The notes under the pieces were generated by a model. The model had not been told where the DNA came from and ran no database searches. It saw nothing but the letters and a program-made list of their open reading frames with translations. A program made the translations under genes and the position numbers. Shown in pieces: positions 53,883 through 63,635 of a DNA stretch of 64,000 bases (the first letter of the stretch is position 1; each line of letters starts with the position of its first letter). The DNA lies in the sequence record NC_027402.1, one strand, 5' to 3'.

Positions 53883-53901
53883 TGCGATAAAAAATAAAAG
53901 C

Positions 53902-53927
53902 CTACCTACTCCCAAGGGAGTAGGTAG
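53902..53927. terminator. Bidirectional terminator, same family
   Basis: CTACCTACTCCC/GGGAGTAGGTAG between convergent genes. Confidence 0.75.
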
Positions 53928-53939
53928 TTCTTTTTTTCT

Positions 53940-54563
53940 TTAATTTGTTAACCCGTTATCTTTCAGGATTTTCAACATCGCATCATTCAACGCCTGCAGT
54001 TCTTGATTCTGCTTAGTGAGTGTTGCAACTTGTTCTGTCAGAGGAACCTGCTCACGGATTTTGGCTTTACGCACCGCTTCCATTTGCAAGTGTTCTTCTT
54101 CCGTCACCGTTCCTTCGTAATCCATCGATGTGATGTCCACACGTGCATCGATTCCTAAACCGCGTTCTAAAATGCTTTTCAGGTCGTTCGTTAGCAGTGT
54201 GACGTCGACGTATTCGGGTATTAATGCCAGGTCAATAACCACAACATTGCGTCTATAATTTAACCCGTTCAGTCCGGGATACGTCTCAATGTACGTATCA
54301 GGCAACTCGTAGACTTGACCGTCCCTCGACTTTAATGTTACAATCGAAGCTTCGACATTAGCGTCGCTGATATAGTCGTCACGAGTTAGGCCGACGGGTT
54401 TATAATACTTGCTATAAACGTCAATATTATTACGTTGGAGCTTCGGAAAGTTCTGTACCGCGTCAACACGGTAAATCACTTTATCTGGCAACGTATAAGG
54501 TGCCTTAACCTTGAACAACCCCTCAAGGTTAACCTGAGGCGTATTAGGCAACAGTTGTGCCAT
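53940..54563 (-). CDS. Probable virion structural protein (207 aa)
   Basis: AGGAGG SD; conserved-looking phiKZ-type ORF; function inferred from context. Confidence 0.5.
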   Translation of the reverse strand: MAQLLPNTPQVNLEGLFKVKAPYTLPDKVIYRVDAVQNFPKLQRNNIDVYSKYYKPVGLTRDDYISDANVEASIVTLKSRDGQVYELPDTYIETYPGLNGLNYRRNVVVIDLALIPEYVDVTLLTNDLKSILERGLGIDARVDITSMDYEGTVTEEEHLQMEAVRKAKIREQVPLTEQVATLTKQNQELQALNDAMLKILKDNGLTN

Positions 54564-54573
54564 TTAACCCTCC

Positions 54574-55953
54574 TTAGGCTTCTGGCTCTACCGCAGGGAC
54601 ATCCCAAACAGCTTTGCGGGCCAAGACACGATACTCCACGTTATCGAATTCGAAGACGTAGAAGTAAACATTAGGATCAACGTCGTCTACGAGCTTCACG
54701 ATATCCAGCGGGGTGGAATGTGGGTGATACTCTTCCGCTGCGATTAACGCCTGGAAGAACAGGTCCAGCCACTCGGTGGTTTTCTTCGACATTCTCGCAA
54801 TATCTGCATTGTTAGTGCCGATTAATGCGTAGTCGGGAATCGTATCGTGCAAGGTCGTTTTGCGTGAATCGTTTTCAGGGCCTGCGATAACTACAGCGTT
54901 TAGTGATTTATAGATGGACGGTAAATCCGTTACATCGGTAGTTGGAGTTGAGATTGCTCCACTATTTTTTTCCGTAATGGTTTGAACAGTCCACTCCCCA
55001 AATCGGGAGATTGCTTTGACCCAGAAATCATATGGGAGAATCGGCGAGTATAATGCCGCAACATCTTCCTCATTTGGAATCCCACGAATTGACCAACCGG
55101 GAACAATTGTGAACTTGGTGGTCGTAAAGATTTCTGGGAACACCTTGACACCCAACGCCACAGTAAAACTGGAGTTTGCCAAAATGTAATCACGTAACGC
55201 TTGTTTAATCCTGCTCGGGTTACGACCTGCGCGGCCGTAGATGATAACCGACATCGGTATCGGTAAGGTGGAATCAAAGTCTTCCTGGTCGTGCCAAGTA
55301 TAGATGTTAGTAATCAGGCTAGTGTACGGATAACCGTCAGCTAATTCGTTAATCTTATTATGGTGATCCGGAAGGTTGAACCCTTCCATTGCCTTTTCGA
55401 CTACAGATTTCACAGCCAAGAAAGTATCAACCGGTAATATCGGCATTTGGACTTCAATTTCAAATCCGGTATAGTCCTGATTGAAATCTTCATCAGCAAA
55501 CCAGAGAATAATCTGGTTATTCACATCAGATGGGTCTTCGACTTTATCTGCTGTGGTTTCAAGTTTCCAACTGACCCAACGTGGGAACCAGTTACTGTTA
55601 GTCTGAATCATCGCGCCAGACTGAACACCGCTGATGACACTATTAAATTGCCCCAACAGCAAACGCTGGAATTCAACTTCGTCGTTTCTTAAGTTGCCCA
55701 GGATAGACTGTTGGTAGATCCATTGGGAAACAGTAAGAACGTGGTCGCTAAAGACGGCCGGGGTCTTAATAGGCAACTCGTCACGTTTAGAAGTAAAAGC
55801 AACCAGTTCCACCTGCAGATTTTCTTTAGTAAAATACTGCTTGCTTTTAGCGAACGAATATGACAGCTCAGACAACTCACCTACCGGAGCGGTGTTGCCA
55901 GGGCCATTATCAATCAGAGCCGCTATTTGAATAAAGCCTTGTAAATCATACAT
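54574..55953 (-). CDS. Probable virion structural protein (459 aa)
   Basis: Long ORF; function inferred from context. Confidence 0.5.
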   Translation of the reverse strand: MYDLQGFIQIAALIDNGPGNTAPVGELSELSYSFAKSKQYFTKENLQVELVAFTSKRDELPIKTPAVFSDHVLTVSQWIYQQSILGNLRNDEVEFQRLLLGQFNSVISGVQSGAMIQTNSNWFPRWVSWKLETTADKVEDPSDVNNQIILWFADEDFNQDYTGFEIEVQMPILPVDTFLAVKSVVEKAMEGFNLPDHHNKINELADGYPYTSLITNIYTWHDQEDFDSTLPIPMSVIIYGRAGRNPSRIKQALRDYILANSSFTVALGVKVFPEIFTTTKFTIVPGWSIRGIPNEEDVAALYSPILPYDFWVKAISRFGEWTVQTITEKNSGAISTPTTDVTDLPSIYKSLNAVVIAGPENDSRKTTLHDTIPDYALIGTNNADIARMSKKTTEWLDLFFQALIAAEEYHPHSTPLDIVKLVDDVDPNVYFYVFEFDNVEYRVLARKAVWDVPAVEPEA

Positions 55954-55977
55954 AATTAAAAACTCTCCGAGGTGAGC

Positions 55978-56487
55978 ATGATAGCATCAGTTTTCAAACT
56001 GCTTCCATTCTTACAGATGCTGTGGGAAGCATTTAAACCGGGCGAGGGGGAGAAAGTAACACGAGCCGGGAAAATAGTGACACTAGTGATAGTGGCACTG
56101 ATCGCGTTCTCTGCATTTGTCTCATATGCCTATATTGTTCAATACCACACACTGGTTAGCGTTCAATCGCGTACTCAGTATCTGGAGATATCCTATAAGG
56201 AGCTAAAAGAGAAGTCCGATCACGGCGAAGTGGAGAACAATAAGTTGTACGATCGTCTCTTCACGTGCCTGGGTTCTCGACCGCCATATGATGGTACCAA
56301 ATCTCCAACAGGAACAGGCACTGGGGCCGCGGTTCCGCCTGTAGAACCCAAGCCGGTAACACCGCCGGCACCGTTAAATCCGTCTAGCCCACCTGCCAAG
56401 AAACACCAGGCCGCTTCTCGCCCGGTAGGGTCGCAGGAGGCAAATGATTTCCGACAGGAGATTATCAGTACGCTTAATAATCCATGA
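55978..56487 (+). CDS. Candidate inner-membrane spanin (i-spanin)
   Basis: Single TM, then a helical region, one Cys and a Pro-rich linker; directly upstream of a lipoprotein gene. Confidence 0.5.
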   Translation: MIASVFKLLPFLQMLWEAFKPGEGEKVTRAGKIVTLVIVALIAFSAFVSYAYIVQYHTLVSVQSRTQYLEISYKELKEKSDHGEVENNKLYDRLFTCLGSRPPYDGTKSPTGTGTGAAVPPVEPKPVTPPAPLNPSSPPAKKHQAASRPVGSQEANDFRQEIISTLNNP

Positions 56488-56496
56488 GGAGCATAC

Positions 56497-56976
56497 ATGA
56501 AGTTATTTTTGGCGGCGATATTGGTGCTATTGTTGACAGGATGCCCTGGGGTCATCCGTCACGTAGACCCAGATTACTCCTCAACCGGAGATTGGCCTTT
56601 TCGTCCTTTAGAACACCCACCAGTTTATGTCGGTGGGAACAGTCCTGAGGCGAAAAAGCTGGCAGGGAAAATGTTTGTTGCGGATGTGAACGCTTATGCT
56701 TATTACGTTTATCTGTACGCTAAGTCGTTGAACAATTACGCAGAAGCTAAGGGGTGGCGCACCCCGATGGCCGCACCGCTTTGTGAAGAGTTTATTCGCC
56801 CCACTCTTCATGATATACCCACTGGGATATATCTCGACCCTGGTTCTCGTAGCCCTCAAGACATTAGTCGTGATTTGTCACGACAGATTAAGTCTCTCAT
56901 TCGCGGCTATCGCGAAGACAGAGAGTCTTTTAATCGTGCCTACGAACGGCACAGAAGTAGTTGCCTTGTGCAATGA
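56497..56976 (+). CDS. Lipoprotein, candidate o-spanin
   Basis: MKLFLAAILVLLLTGC lipobox; Pro-rich N-terminal part; two further Cys. Confidence 0.55.
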   Translation: MKLFLAAILVLLLTGCPGVIRHVDPDYSSTGDWPFRPLEHPPVYVGGNSPEAKKLAGKMFVADVNAYAYYVYLYAKSLNNYAEAKGWRTPMAAPLCEEFIRPTLHDIPTGIYLDPGSRSPQDISRDLSRQIKSLIRGYREDRESFNRAYERHRSSCLVQ

Positions 56977-56980
56977 AAAC

Positions 56981-57006
56981 TCCCTCTTACCTTCGGGTAA
57001 GAGGGA
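56981..57006 (+). terminator. UUCG hairpin terminator
   Basis: TCCCTCTTACC-TTCG-GGTAAGAGGGA followed by a T-rich tail. Confidence 0.8.
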
Positions 57007-57063
57007 TTTCCTTTTTTACGTTAGTAGTTAATAGTGTGATATATAATCTCGTGGAGAGTTGAA

Positions 57064-57783
57064 ATGACCTATCCTAAAATTCTGCCTGTTTTAACACCAA
57101 CCGTGGTTGTTGGTACAGACTTAGAGACCCTGGCTTTACGTCCAGATGCCTACATCTTAACGTTGGCAAACGTGGCATTCGATGTTCCGACAATGAAAAT
57201 GATCGGTTCATGTTACCACAAAATCGACCCCAATGATGCAAAGGCAAAAGAAATCTTCTACATCGACCCACAAACGGTCGGCTATTGGGAAGGTAAAGGC
57301 GACCCCGAATACGCACCGAGCGAGAAAGCACGTATTGAAGCGTTTTCTGGGACCACTCCACTGCCAGAGGCACTGTGGGCGGCCAAAAAATGGTTGGATG
57401 ATCTGGGCAACGTGAAAATGGTTATCACCATGCGCGGTCCCGATTTTGATGCTCCAATTCTGATGAACGCGTTCGCGCAGTGCGATATCCCGCCGGGCAA
57501 GTACCGCAAGTTTTCTATATTGGACTCTGACCGGACCGCAGAACGTATTGCATATGCGTTTGGCCTGGAACCGAACTGGCACGCAGAAGCGCACCACTGG
57601 ACCCGTGGCAAAGAAGCGTACGAGCATAACGCTAACTTTGATGCTGCGAAGGAAGCGTATTCTACGGCACGCATCTATCATTTGGCCCTGGTCGCACGTA
57701 CGTACGGCTTCGAACGCATGTTAGAAGCCCACCGCGAAATGTGCACAGGTGAATACATTCCACCGCAGTTGCGAGGAGAATAA
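57064..57783 (+). CDS. DEDDh 3'-5' exonuclease
   Basis: GTDLETL (Exo I), RGPDFDAPIL (Exo II), HNANFDA (Exo III). Confidence 0.85.
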   Translation: MTYPKILPVLTPTVVVGTDLETLALRPDAYILTLANVAFDVPTMKMIGSCYHKIDPNDAKAKEIFYIDPQTVGYWEGKGDPEYAPSEKARIEAFSGTTPLPEALWAAKKWLDDLGNVKMVITMRGPDFDAPILMNAFAQCDIPPGKYRKFSILDSDRTAERIAYAFGLEPNWHAEAHHWTRGKEAYEHNANFDAAKEAYSTARIYHLALVARTYGFERMLEAHREMCTGEYIPPQLRGE

Positions 57784-59297
57784 TGAAAGACGTCGACGTA
57801 GCGGTTATTTATACCGATGGTAGTCATACTGAGTCCCCGAAAGGTTCGGGGGCTGGTATTCATGGTTATTTATTCAACAACGGAGATTTGGAAGACAGTC
57901 AGGCTTATAGCCATCCGGGTGTTTCAGAACGGATTACCACTGTTGGATACAAAAAAGTGCCGCAGGATGTGAAGTGTCCGGAGTTGCCGGACACCGTTCA
58001 ATTTGTCGACGCCGTTATTCCCGTTCCGAAAGAGTTCTACTCAGATGTGGGCGAGTTAATCGCCTTCATCACGTTGTTTGAGAACGCGCCATTCCGTGCG
58101 AAGAACTATATCATCTACGTGGATGCCAGTTACGTTGTAAACACTTTTAACGAGTGGATAGACGGCTGGCATAAACGTGGTTGGGTTCGTGCTGATGGTA
58201 CTCCGCTGGCGAACAAAGAACTTATTGTTCGTATCTGGGAAATCAAACAGCAGATGAAAAAAGAAGGACGGGGTGTTAAGGTTATCAAAATCAAAGGACA
58301 CTCCGGCCACTACGGTAACGACCGGGCGGACGAATTGGCTAGAAAAGGTTCAGCTATCACAGCGACCAACGACGGCGTTCCATATCAGCCGTACTGGTCG
58401 AAGGATGAGTTGCCTGCATCCGCGGAACCCGAGCCCATCGCCGCTGGGATGAACCTTGCGGCATATCCGCCGATTTGTACGGTTAAATATTGCTATCCGT
58501 TGGTGAACGAGGACCATCCTACTGTAAAAGTGAAAGATGAAACTTTCTATTACATGTTTGGTGGTAACCATGCAAAGAACAAGGACGACTTGGTGTTTAT
58601 TGGGAAAATGATTCCTGATGCACACTTTTCCGTAATGTTCACTAAACAACCGTGGGATAACATCTACACGATTGTAAATACCCACGCCGCCCTGGCATGG
58701 AAAGATACACCGAAGATGCGGCAGTATGATCCAATCGGTGTTGTTAACAATGAGTTCGTTAAACGTAAGAAGTTCGTTGATGTGGCAGGTGATGGATTAC
58801 CGGCAGACAAGATGCATTTCAGTGGAGAAGATTCCAATGTCTGGTTCTTTGAAGACCTGGCCATCTCCAGAATGCTTCGCCCGCCCTTATTGTCGTATCG
58901 TGCGCTGGATATTCGTGACGAACTCGCTACAACGTTGAGAGATGTTCTGCATCAGGAAAAGGGTTATGTCTTAAACGACATTACCGACTTGCTATTCGAC
59001 GACAAAGGTAAACCTGTCAAGGAATACTACCGTAGCGTCGATAAGTCAATAACGTTAAAGATTGACTTTCCGATGGGTAAACGACCTGTCTCGGTTATTT
59101 TGACTCGCGGCATCGATATTCCATCGCGTACGGAAATCAACCGTATTAAAGAACCGGAAGGCCGTTATTACATCGCGGTGTGTCGTCCTGAAAAATACTA
59201 CATCCGTTACTTCTTAATCTATATCGGTAAAGAGTATCATGGGTTGTGGTGTGCGTATTACGCAAACCGTCGCATACTGCGAGAAGAAGAGGTGTAA
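57783..59297 (+). CDS. rnhA: Ribonuclease HI with long C-terminal extension
   Basis: IYTDGS, GEL.A, YVDASYV, W...GW, KGHSGHYGNDRADELARKG. Confidence 0.9.
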   Translation: MKDVDVAVIYTDGSHTESPKGSGAGIHGYLFNNGDLEDSQAYSHPGVSERITTVGYKKVPQDVKCPELPDTVQFVDAVIPVPKEFYSDVGELIAFITLFENAPFRAKNYIIYVDASYVVNTFNEWIDGWHKRGWVRADGTPLANKELIVRIWEIKQQMKKEGRGVKVIKIKGHSGHYGNDRADELARKGSAITATNDGVPYQPYWSKDELPASAEPEPIAAGMNLAAYPPICTVKYCYPLVNEDHPTVKVKDETFYYMFGGNHAKNKDDLVFIGKMIPDAHFSVMFTKQPWDNIYTIVNTHAALAWKDTPKMRQYDPIGVVNNEFVKRKKFVDVAGDGLPADKMHFSGEDSNVWFFEDLAISRMLRPPLLSYRALDIRDELATTLRDVLHQEKGYVLNDITDLLFDDKGKPVKEYYRSVDKSITLKIDFPMGKRPVSVILTRGIDIPSRTEINRIKEPEGRYYIAVCRPEKYYIRYFLIYIGKEYHGLWCAYYANRRILREEEV

Positions 59298-59298
59298 C

Positions 59299-60039
59299 AT
59301 GTTGCGAGTCGTGAGTGAATCGCTCACGCTCCACACACAAAGTCTGATTAACTGTGTGGAGCAATACGGATGGATGTCGTGGATGGCAACGAACCGTGAG
59401 TTCGGTGCTGCGCCCATGGAAGATTACGACGTGTTGTACAAGTGGGGATTTGAAGCGGCTTGTGATGTTGTGGCAGAGCTGGTTACCGAAACAATTGCGC
59501 GTTACAATGCAAGATGTGATGAACCGATGCCTAAACAAGTCCCGCCGCAAATACCTCCCCTACCGACAATCGATCGTGAGCAGTGTCGAATCTGGACAAT
59601 GGAAGAGTTGTACGACGAACACGTTAGAATGCTGAAACCGAACGAGCTAATAACCGGTGCGTTGAACTGGTTCTTACATCGTTTCTGGACAGAGTTGGTC
59701 GATGTGGCGGGTGACGAAGATAATTGTTCTCAGGTTATTTGGTACGATCGAGCGATGTTTCATCGCAGTCTTAAAGATCGCAGTCTCTGCAACCTGTATA
59801 TTGTTGACCCGTGTGTAGACATTGTAAGGGTAGCAGAAGGTAACTCTTATTCGGACTTAGTGATGCCCGTGGTAGAAAAACCGATGGGTATTTTCCTGCA
59901 AGGGGACGCTTGGGTTTTAACGGATGATATCTCGGGCTACCTGCTGGACCCGGACGACATTCACTCGGACGAACCTGATACCATCGAGTATTTTCACTTT
60001 ACAGAACAGGCAGCACGCTTCTTGCATCTCTTAAAGTAA
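59299..60039 (+). CDS. Hypothetical acidic protein
   Basis: Start moved to MLRVVSES after GAGG. Confidence 0.6.
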   Translation: MLRVVSESLTLHTQSLINCVEQYGWMSWMATNREFGAAPMEDYDVLYKWGFEAACDVVAELVTETIARYNARCDEPMPKQVPPQIPPLPTIDREQCRIWTMEELYDEHVRMLKPNELITGALNWFLHRFWTELVDVAGDEDNCSQVIWYDRAMFHRSLKDRSLCNLYIVDPCVDIVRVAEGNSYSDLVMPVVEKPMGIFLQGDAWVLTDDISGYLLDPDDIHSDEPDTIEYFHFTEQAARFLHLLK

Positions 60040-60064
60040 TCTGAGATAGATATTATCTACAGGG
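60040..60064 (+). promoter_or_regulatory. Putative early promoter motif
   Basis: TCTGAGATAGATATTATCTACAGGG. Confidence 0.5.
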
Positions 60065-60092
60065 ACGTAACCTTAAGGAGAATTTATTCACG

Positions 60093-60827
60093 ATGCTTAA
60101 AGTCGAAGTGCCAGTGCTTTTAAACCTCACGCCCCAGTTCTTTGAAGCGTTGTTCGAAAAGCATTGGCCCGCGTTCGCGAAGAACGAACTAAAGGATAAC
60201 CCACAGTGGTATCCTCTGCGCGATGAATTCAAGTATACAGCCATCAACGTCTGTATAGAAGTCTTCACTGCATGGTTACAAGAGATGTACGACTGCATCA
60301 ACACCGAACGGTTGTTCACGCTAGAACATGTAGAGATTAATGTTGTTGACGTCTACGAAGGTTACTCCTACGAAGAAGGCATTACTGCCACGGGGTTAAG
60401 CCAGCAAGACGTTGAAGAACAAATCTTTGCGTGGATCGAGTGGTTCACGGAAAAGTTGATGCTGGCTGATTTTGTCACGCAAGTGGAGGACGTATTCATC
60501 CCAATGTACGAGCGGTTAGCTGAGATACGTCGTAACCATCGACTGCTCGGTTACTGGTATGACACTTATACCACCTCCTCAACACTGTGGTCTTCCGCTA
60601 CTGCCGCATTTGGCATAACTGATGGCGATTACGATGTCGTTCATTCCGGCCCTTGGCAGTATGGTTTCGGCACCCTGTGGCACGAGCTGACCGATGCCAT
60701 GTGTCTGGACTTTTATCTGTGTGAAGGTAAGTTTTACACGGATAACTGCGTGAGCCAAATTCCGAATGGTGCGATGGTGGTGATGTGTCGCATCCGTAAA
60801 GAAGTCTCTGAGAAACTAAACTACTGA
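60093..60827 (+). CDS. Hypothetical acidic protein
   Basis: 244 aa; AAGGAG SD. Confidence 0.6.
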   Translation: MLKVEVPVLLNLTPQFFEALFEKHWPAFAKNELKDNPQWYPLRDEFKYTAINVCIEVFTAWLQEMYDCINTERLFTLEHVEINVVDVYEGYSYEEGITATGLSQQDVEEQIFAWIEWFTEKLMLADFVTQVEDVFIPMYERLAEIRRNHRLLGYWYDTYTTSSTLWSSATAAFGITDGDYDVVHSGPWQYGFGTLWHELTDAMCLDFYLCEGKFYTDNCVSQIPNGAMVVMCRIRKEVSEKLNY

Positions 60828-60840
60828 AGGAGTATTTAAA

Positions 60841-61212
60841 ATGACGCAAGACGAATTTGAAACGATGGTAAAACAATACTTTAAAGAAGGGACTATTCTG
60901 TACATAGTCGCACCCGAGAGCGAAAACTGGTTGACGTTATCGTCGCGGGTAACCACCCTACGCGGCCCAGTTTCTCAAGAAATAAGACAGATGGCTCGTA
61001 TAGTTCGAGATACCGCCATCCAGGGCGGTAAAGTCGTCAGCTTCTCCCACCTCTTTCCGATCGGCCACTCTAACTTAGAAACCGAAGTTGATGTGGTTGC
61101 AACCGTCGGTTTCGATTTAGACGGCTCCCCAGGCACTAGCCTTGTTGCCATTAAGAAATGGCGTGGATACGATGCGATTCCATCGCCGGGGGTTTGGCCA
61201 GCTACCAGCTAA
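60841..61212 (+). CDS. Hypothetical protein
   Basis: 123 aa; AAGGAG SD. Confidence 0.6.
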   Translation: MTQDEFETMVKQYFKEGTILYIVAPESENWLTLSSRVTTLRGPVSQEIRQMARIVRDTAIQGGKVVSFSHLFPIGHSNLETEVDVVATVGFDLDGSPGTSLVAIKKWRGYDAIPSPGVWPATS

Positions 61213-61222
61213 TGGGGGCGGT

Positions 61223-61630
61223 ATGTTAAAGGTGTATAGCGAGTCATTGATGGACTTGCAAGAGTATCTAAAGCATGTGGAAATTAACGGCAACCGTGGA
61301 ATGATATACTCCATGGTTGTCGAGATTTTAATTAAAATCGTGCTTGTTTCATTCCACGCGGCAGAAAATGGCACTGCTGTACCAGGAGATGTTTATAAAG
61401 GCGTTATTAAGCATCTTAGCGACCGCTACAGTTGTTTACGTGAACCGGATATCTTTAATGAGGTGCAGCGTGTTGTGTTGCTTATCCTCGACAACCGTGA
61501 AGATTTGGCGTACAAGCTTGCGCATGAACTGGCAGACACGTCACAGCACGGCGGACAACTGAAGTATAACGTTGTGGATCTCGTAGCGTGCAGATACTGG
61601 TATACGCAGCCCGAGGTAAGTAACTTCTAA
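61223..61630 (+). CDS. Hypothetical protein
   Basis: Start moved to MLKVYSES. Confidence 0.55.
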   Translation: MLKVYSESLMDLQEYLKHVEINGNRGMIYSMVVEILIKIVLVSFHAAENGTAVPGDVYKGVIKHLSDRYSCLREPDIFNEVQRVVLLILDNREDLAYKLAHELADTSQHGGQLKYNVVDLVACRYWYTQPEVSNF

Positions 61631-61640
61631 GGAGTATTAG

Positions 61641-62180
61641 ATGCAAATCGTAATAGACTTCGCTCTGTCGGAGTCGAGACGTCAGTTAGATGAAATTCTG
61701 TTAGGATTAAAACGTGACGTGGAATTTGAACTTCACGACGCGTTGACCGTCCACGAAAATCGTTTGTCTGACGAAATAGGTTCGGGTGTAGATGTGGCTA
61801 TCTGCGACACTGGGGATATGGTAAATCAGCTTATTGAACGTATGTTCACTCGGCTGCGTAACATTCTGAACTATCCCCATCGTTTTGAACTGGTAGAAGG
61901 GACGGACCAAATTACCGACTTATTGAGTGAAGCCTTTGATAAGGTCGGTGAGTCTCTGGCGGGGTTACATCAAGAGAACCTGGGCGAGACATACGTTGCT
62001 GTGGTCATTAACGGGCAATCATCGAACGTTACGGACACGGTAACATGGTCTGATATCGTTGACCAGCCAATCATTGACAAAATCACCAAGCTGTATCGTG
62101 AGGCGGAAATGAAGGTGCTGGCTATCTGTCGTCGTGAACTACTGTATCTCGGCGAGAAATATGGGAAACCTGTTGAATGA
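61641..62180 (+). CDS. Hypothetical acidic protein
   Basis: 179 aa; AAGGAG SD. Confidence 0.6.
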   Translation: MQIVIDFALSESRRQLDEILLGLKRDVEFELHDALTVHENRLSDEIGSGVDVAICDTGDMVNQLIERMFTRLRNILNYPHRFELVEGTDQITDLLSEAFDKVGESLAGLHQENLGETYVAVVINGQSSNVTDTVTWSDIVDQPIIDKITKLYREAEMKVLAICRRELLYLGEKYGKPVE

Positions 62181-62719
62181 AAATATTCATTGATTTACTC
62201 GATGACGAATTTCGCGAAATATTTCCAGCGGCGTTGTTCGAGTTTAAGCGTAAGTGTGAAGACTATCTGATACCAAAGAATATCGATCGTCAGCACCTCG
62301 CCGGGCTTATCTCTGCGGCGTACGTCAACATCGCGGTAAATGAAGTTCATCAACTCGCGCAACGTATTGCTTGTTTTGAATACAACGATGAAGACATTGA
62401 AGACGGCTTCCTGCAGTCTAAGATGGGTCGTTTCTCGCTCGAACTTAAAACCGATGAGGTTATTGATAAAGTCGGTAAGGCGTTTGATGAGATGAAAGAC
62501 ATCGAAATGATGATCAAGATGTCTGGTCCAGAAGCAGGCCCATTGAAAGAAGCGTGGGAACATCTCAACCGCGACGAGTATAAAGAGATGTACATGGGTG
62601 AGTTCACCACCATGTTACGTCACCTTGAAGCACAGGTCTGGGAGCATATCGTTTCGCGTCTGAAAGAAATACTGATTGTGGTCGAGCCAATGCAGCCTCT
62701 TTCTATCAGTAAATTCTAA
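62177..62719 (+). CDS. Hypothetical acidic protein
   Basis: 180 aa; ATGA overlap with the previous gene. Confidence 0.6.
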   Translation: MKIFIDLLDDEFREIFPAALFEFKRKCEDYLIPKNIDRQHLAGLISAAYVNIAVNEVHQLAQRIACFEYNDEDIEDGFLQSKMGRFSLELKTDEVIDKVGKAFDEMKDIEMMIKMSGPEAGPLKEAWEHLNRDEYKEMYMGEFTTMLRHLEAQVWEHIVSRLKEILIVVEPMQPLSISKF

Positions 62720-62743
62720 ATCGGTCCGAAATAAAATAAAGCC

Positions 62744-62770
62744 TACCCACTCCCGTAAGGGGAGTGGGTA
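62744..62770. terminator. Bidirectional terminator, same family
   Basis: TACCCACTCCC-GTAAG-GGGAGTGGGTA between convergent genes. Confidence 0.75.
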
Positions 62771-62781
62771 CTGCTTACTTT

Positions 62782-63537
62782 TTATTTTTTGTTTGCTTTC
62801 AGGGTCTTGAGGCGATCACCGGTTACGTTCAGGCATTCTGTCAGTTCATTAATCTGTTTCATAAACAGTCCGAACAGCTCAACCCAGTCAGCACCCATGT
62901 CAGCCATTTTCACTAACTCTGCCGCCACATTAGGATGGACTTGTGAATTAGAGATAATGTCCACAGAGACATTGATGCTTTCAACTGTACGGTCAATACT
63001 TTTCTGAAGTTTCTTAGTCACTTCCAGGTTCAGCGCTTTGGCACGATTAAATGCAACGTCAATCTCGCCTGCGCTGTGGTAGGTCTTTTCAATCGGACGC
63101 TGGTCAATGACGTTGTTGGTATACGACTTCGCCAGTTTCTCAACCAGATCTTTTGGATTGATATTTTTCAGCGGGTAGTTCAGGTCTTTGAACTTAAACC
63201 CAATCGGCAGAGTTAACATGCCCAGGTCATGGGTCATCGCACCGAAACGTTTATCGATGGGTGTTAAAACCCCTTCCTGAATCTTCTGGAGCACAGCCCA
63301 TACAGATTCCAACCGTTCTATGTGGTCCATCACATACGTGTTGAAGCCCGGAGGTACGGGTACAAGCATTCCGGTAAAGTTTAAAAACTTCTCTTGCTGC
63401 ATCCACTTGGACACATCAGACATGTCGTCATAGGTGGTCAGCGCGAGTTCCTGTTGAGAGCCGCTAAAGGCTTTAGGCAGAATCGTGGATGCTTTGGCAA
63501 CAAAGCCCGACAACGCTGCAAGTGGATTAACATTCAT
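62782..63537 (-). CDS. Probable virion structural protein (251 aa)
   Basis: GAGG SD; helical ORF; function inferred from context. Confidence 0.45.
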   Translation of the reverse strand: MNVNPLAALSGFVAKASTILPKAFSGSQQELALTTYDDMSDVSKWMQQEKFLNFTGMLVPVPPGFNTYVMDHIERLESVWAVLQKIQEGVLTPIDKRFGAMTHDLGMLTLPIGFKFKDLNYPLKNINPKDLVEKLAKSYTNNVIDQRPIEKTYHSAGEIDVAFNRAKALNLEVTKKLQKSIDRTVESINVSVDIISNSQVHPNVAAELVKMADMGADWVELFGLFMKQINELTECLNVTGDRLKTLKANKK

Positions 63538-63635
63538 TCTATCAACCTCGAATATATAAGGGATTGGGCTACATAGTAAGTCTTTTACGTATCACCCAAA
63601 CCTTATGTACGAGAACTGCATAAAGGTAACATCTG

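Noticed and set aside
57783-59297. Long C-terminal extension on RNase HI as a novelty
   Set aside because: I recall extended RNase HI proteins being common in this phage group, and I see no distinctive motif.
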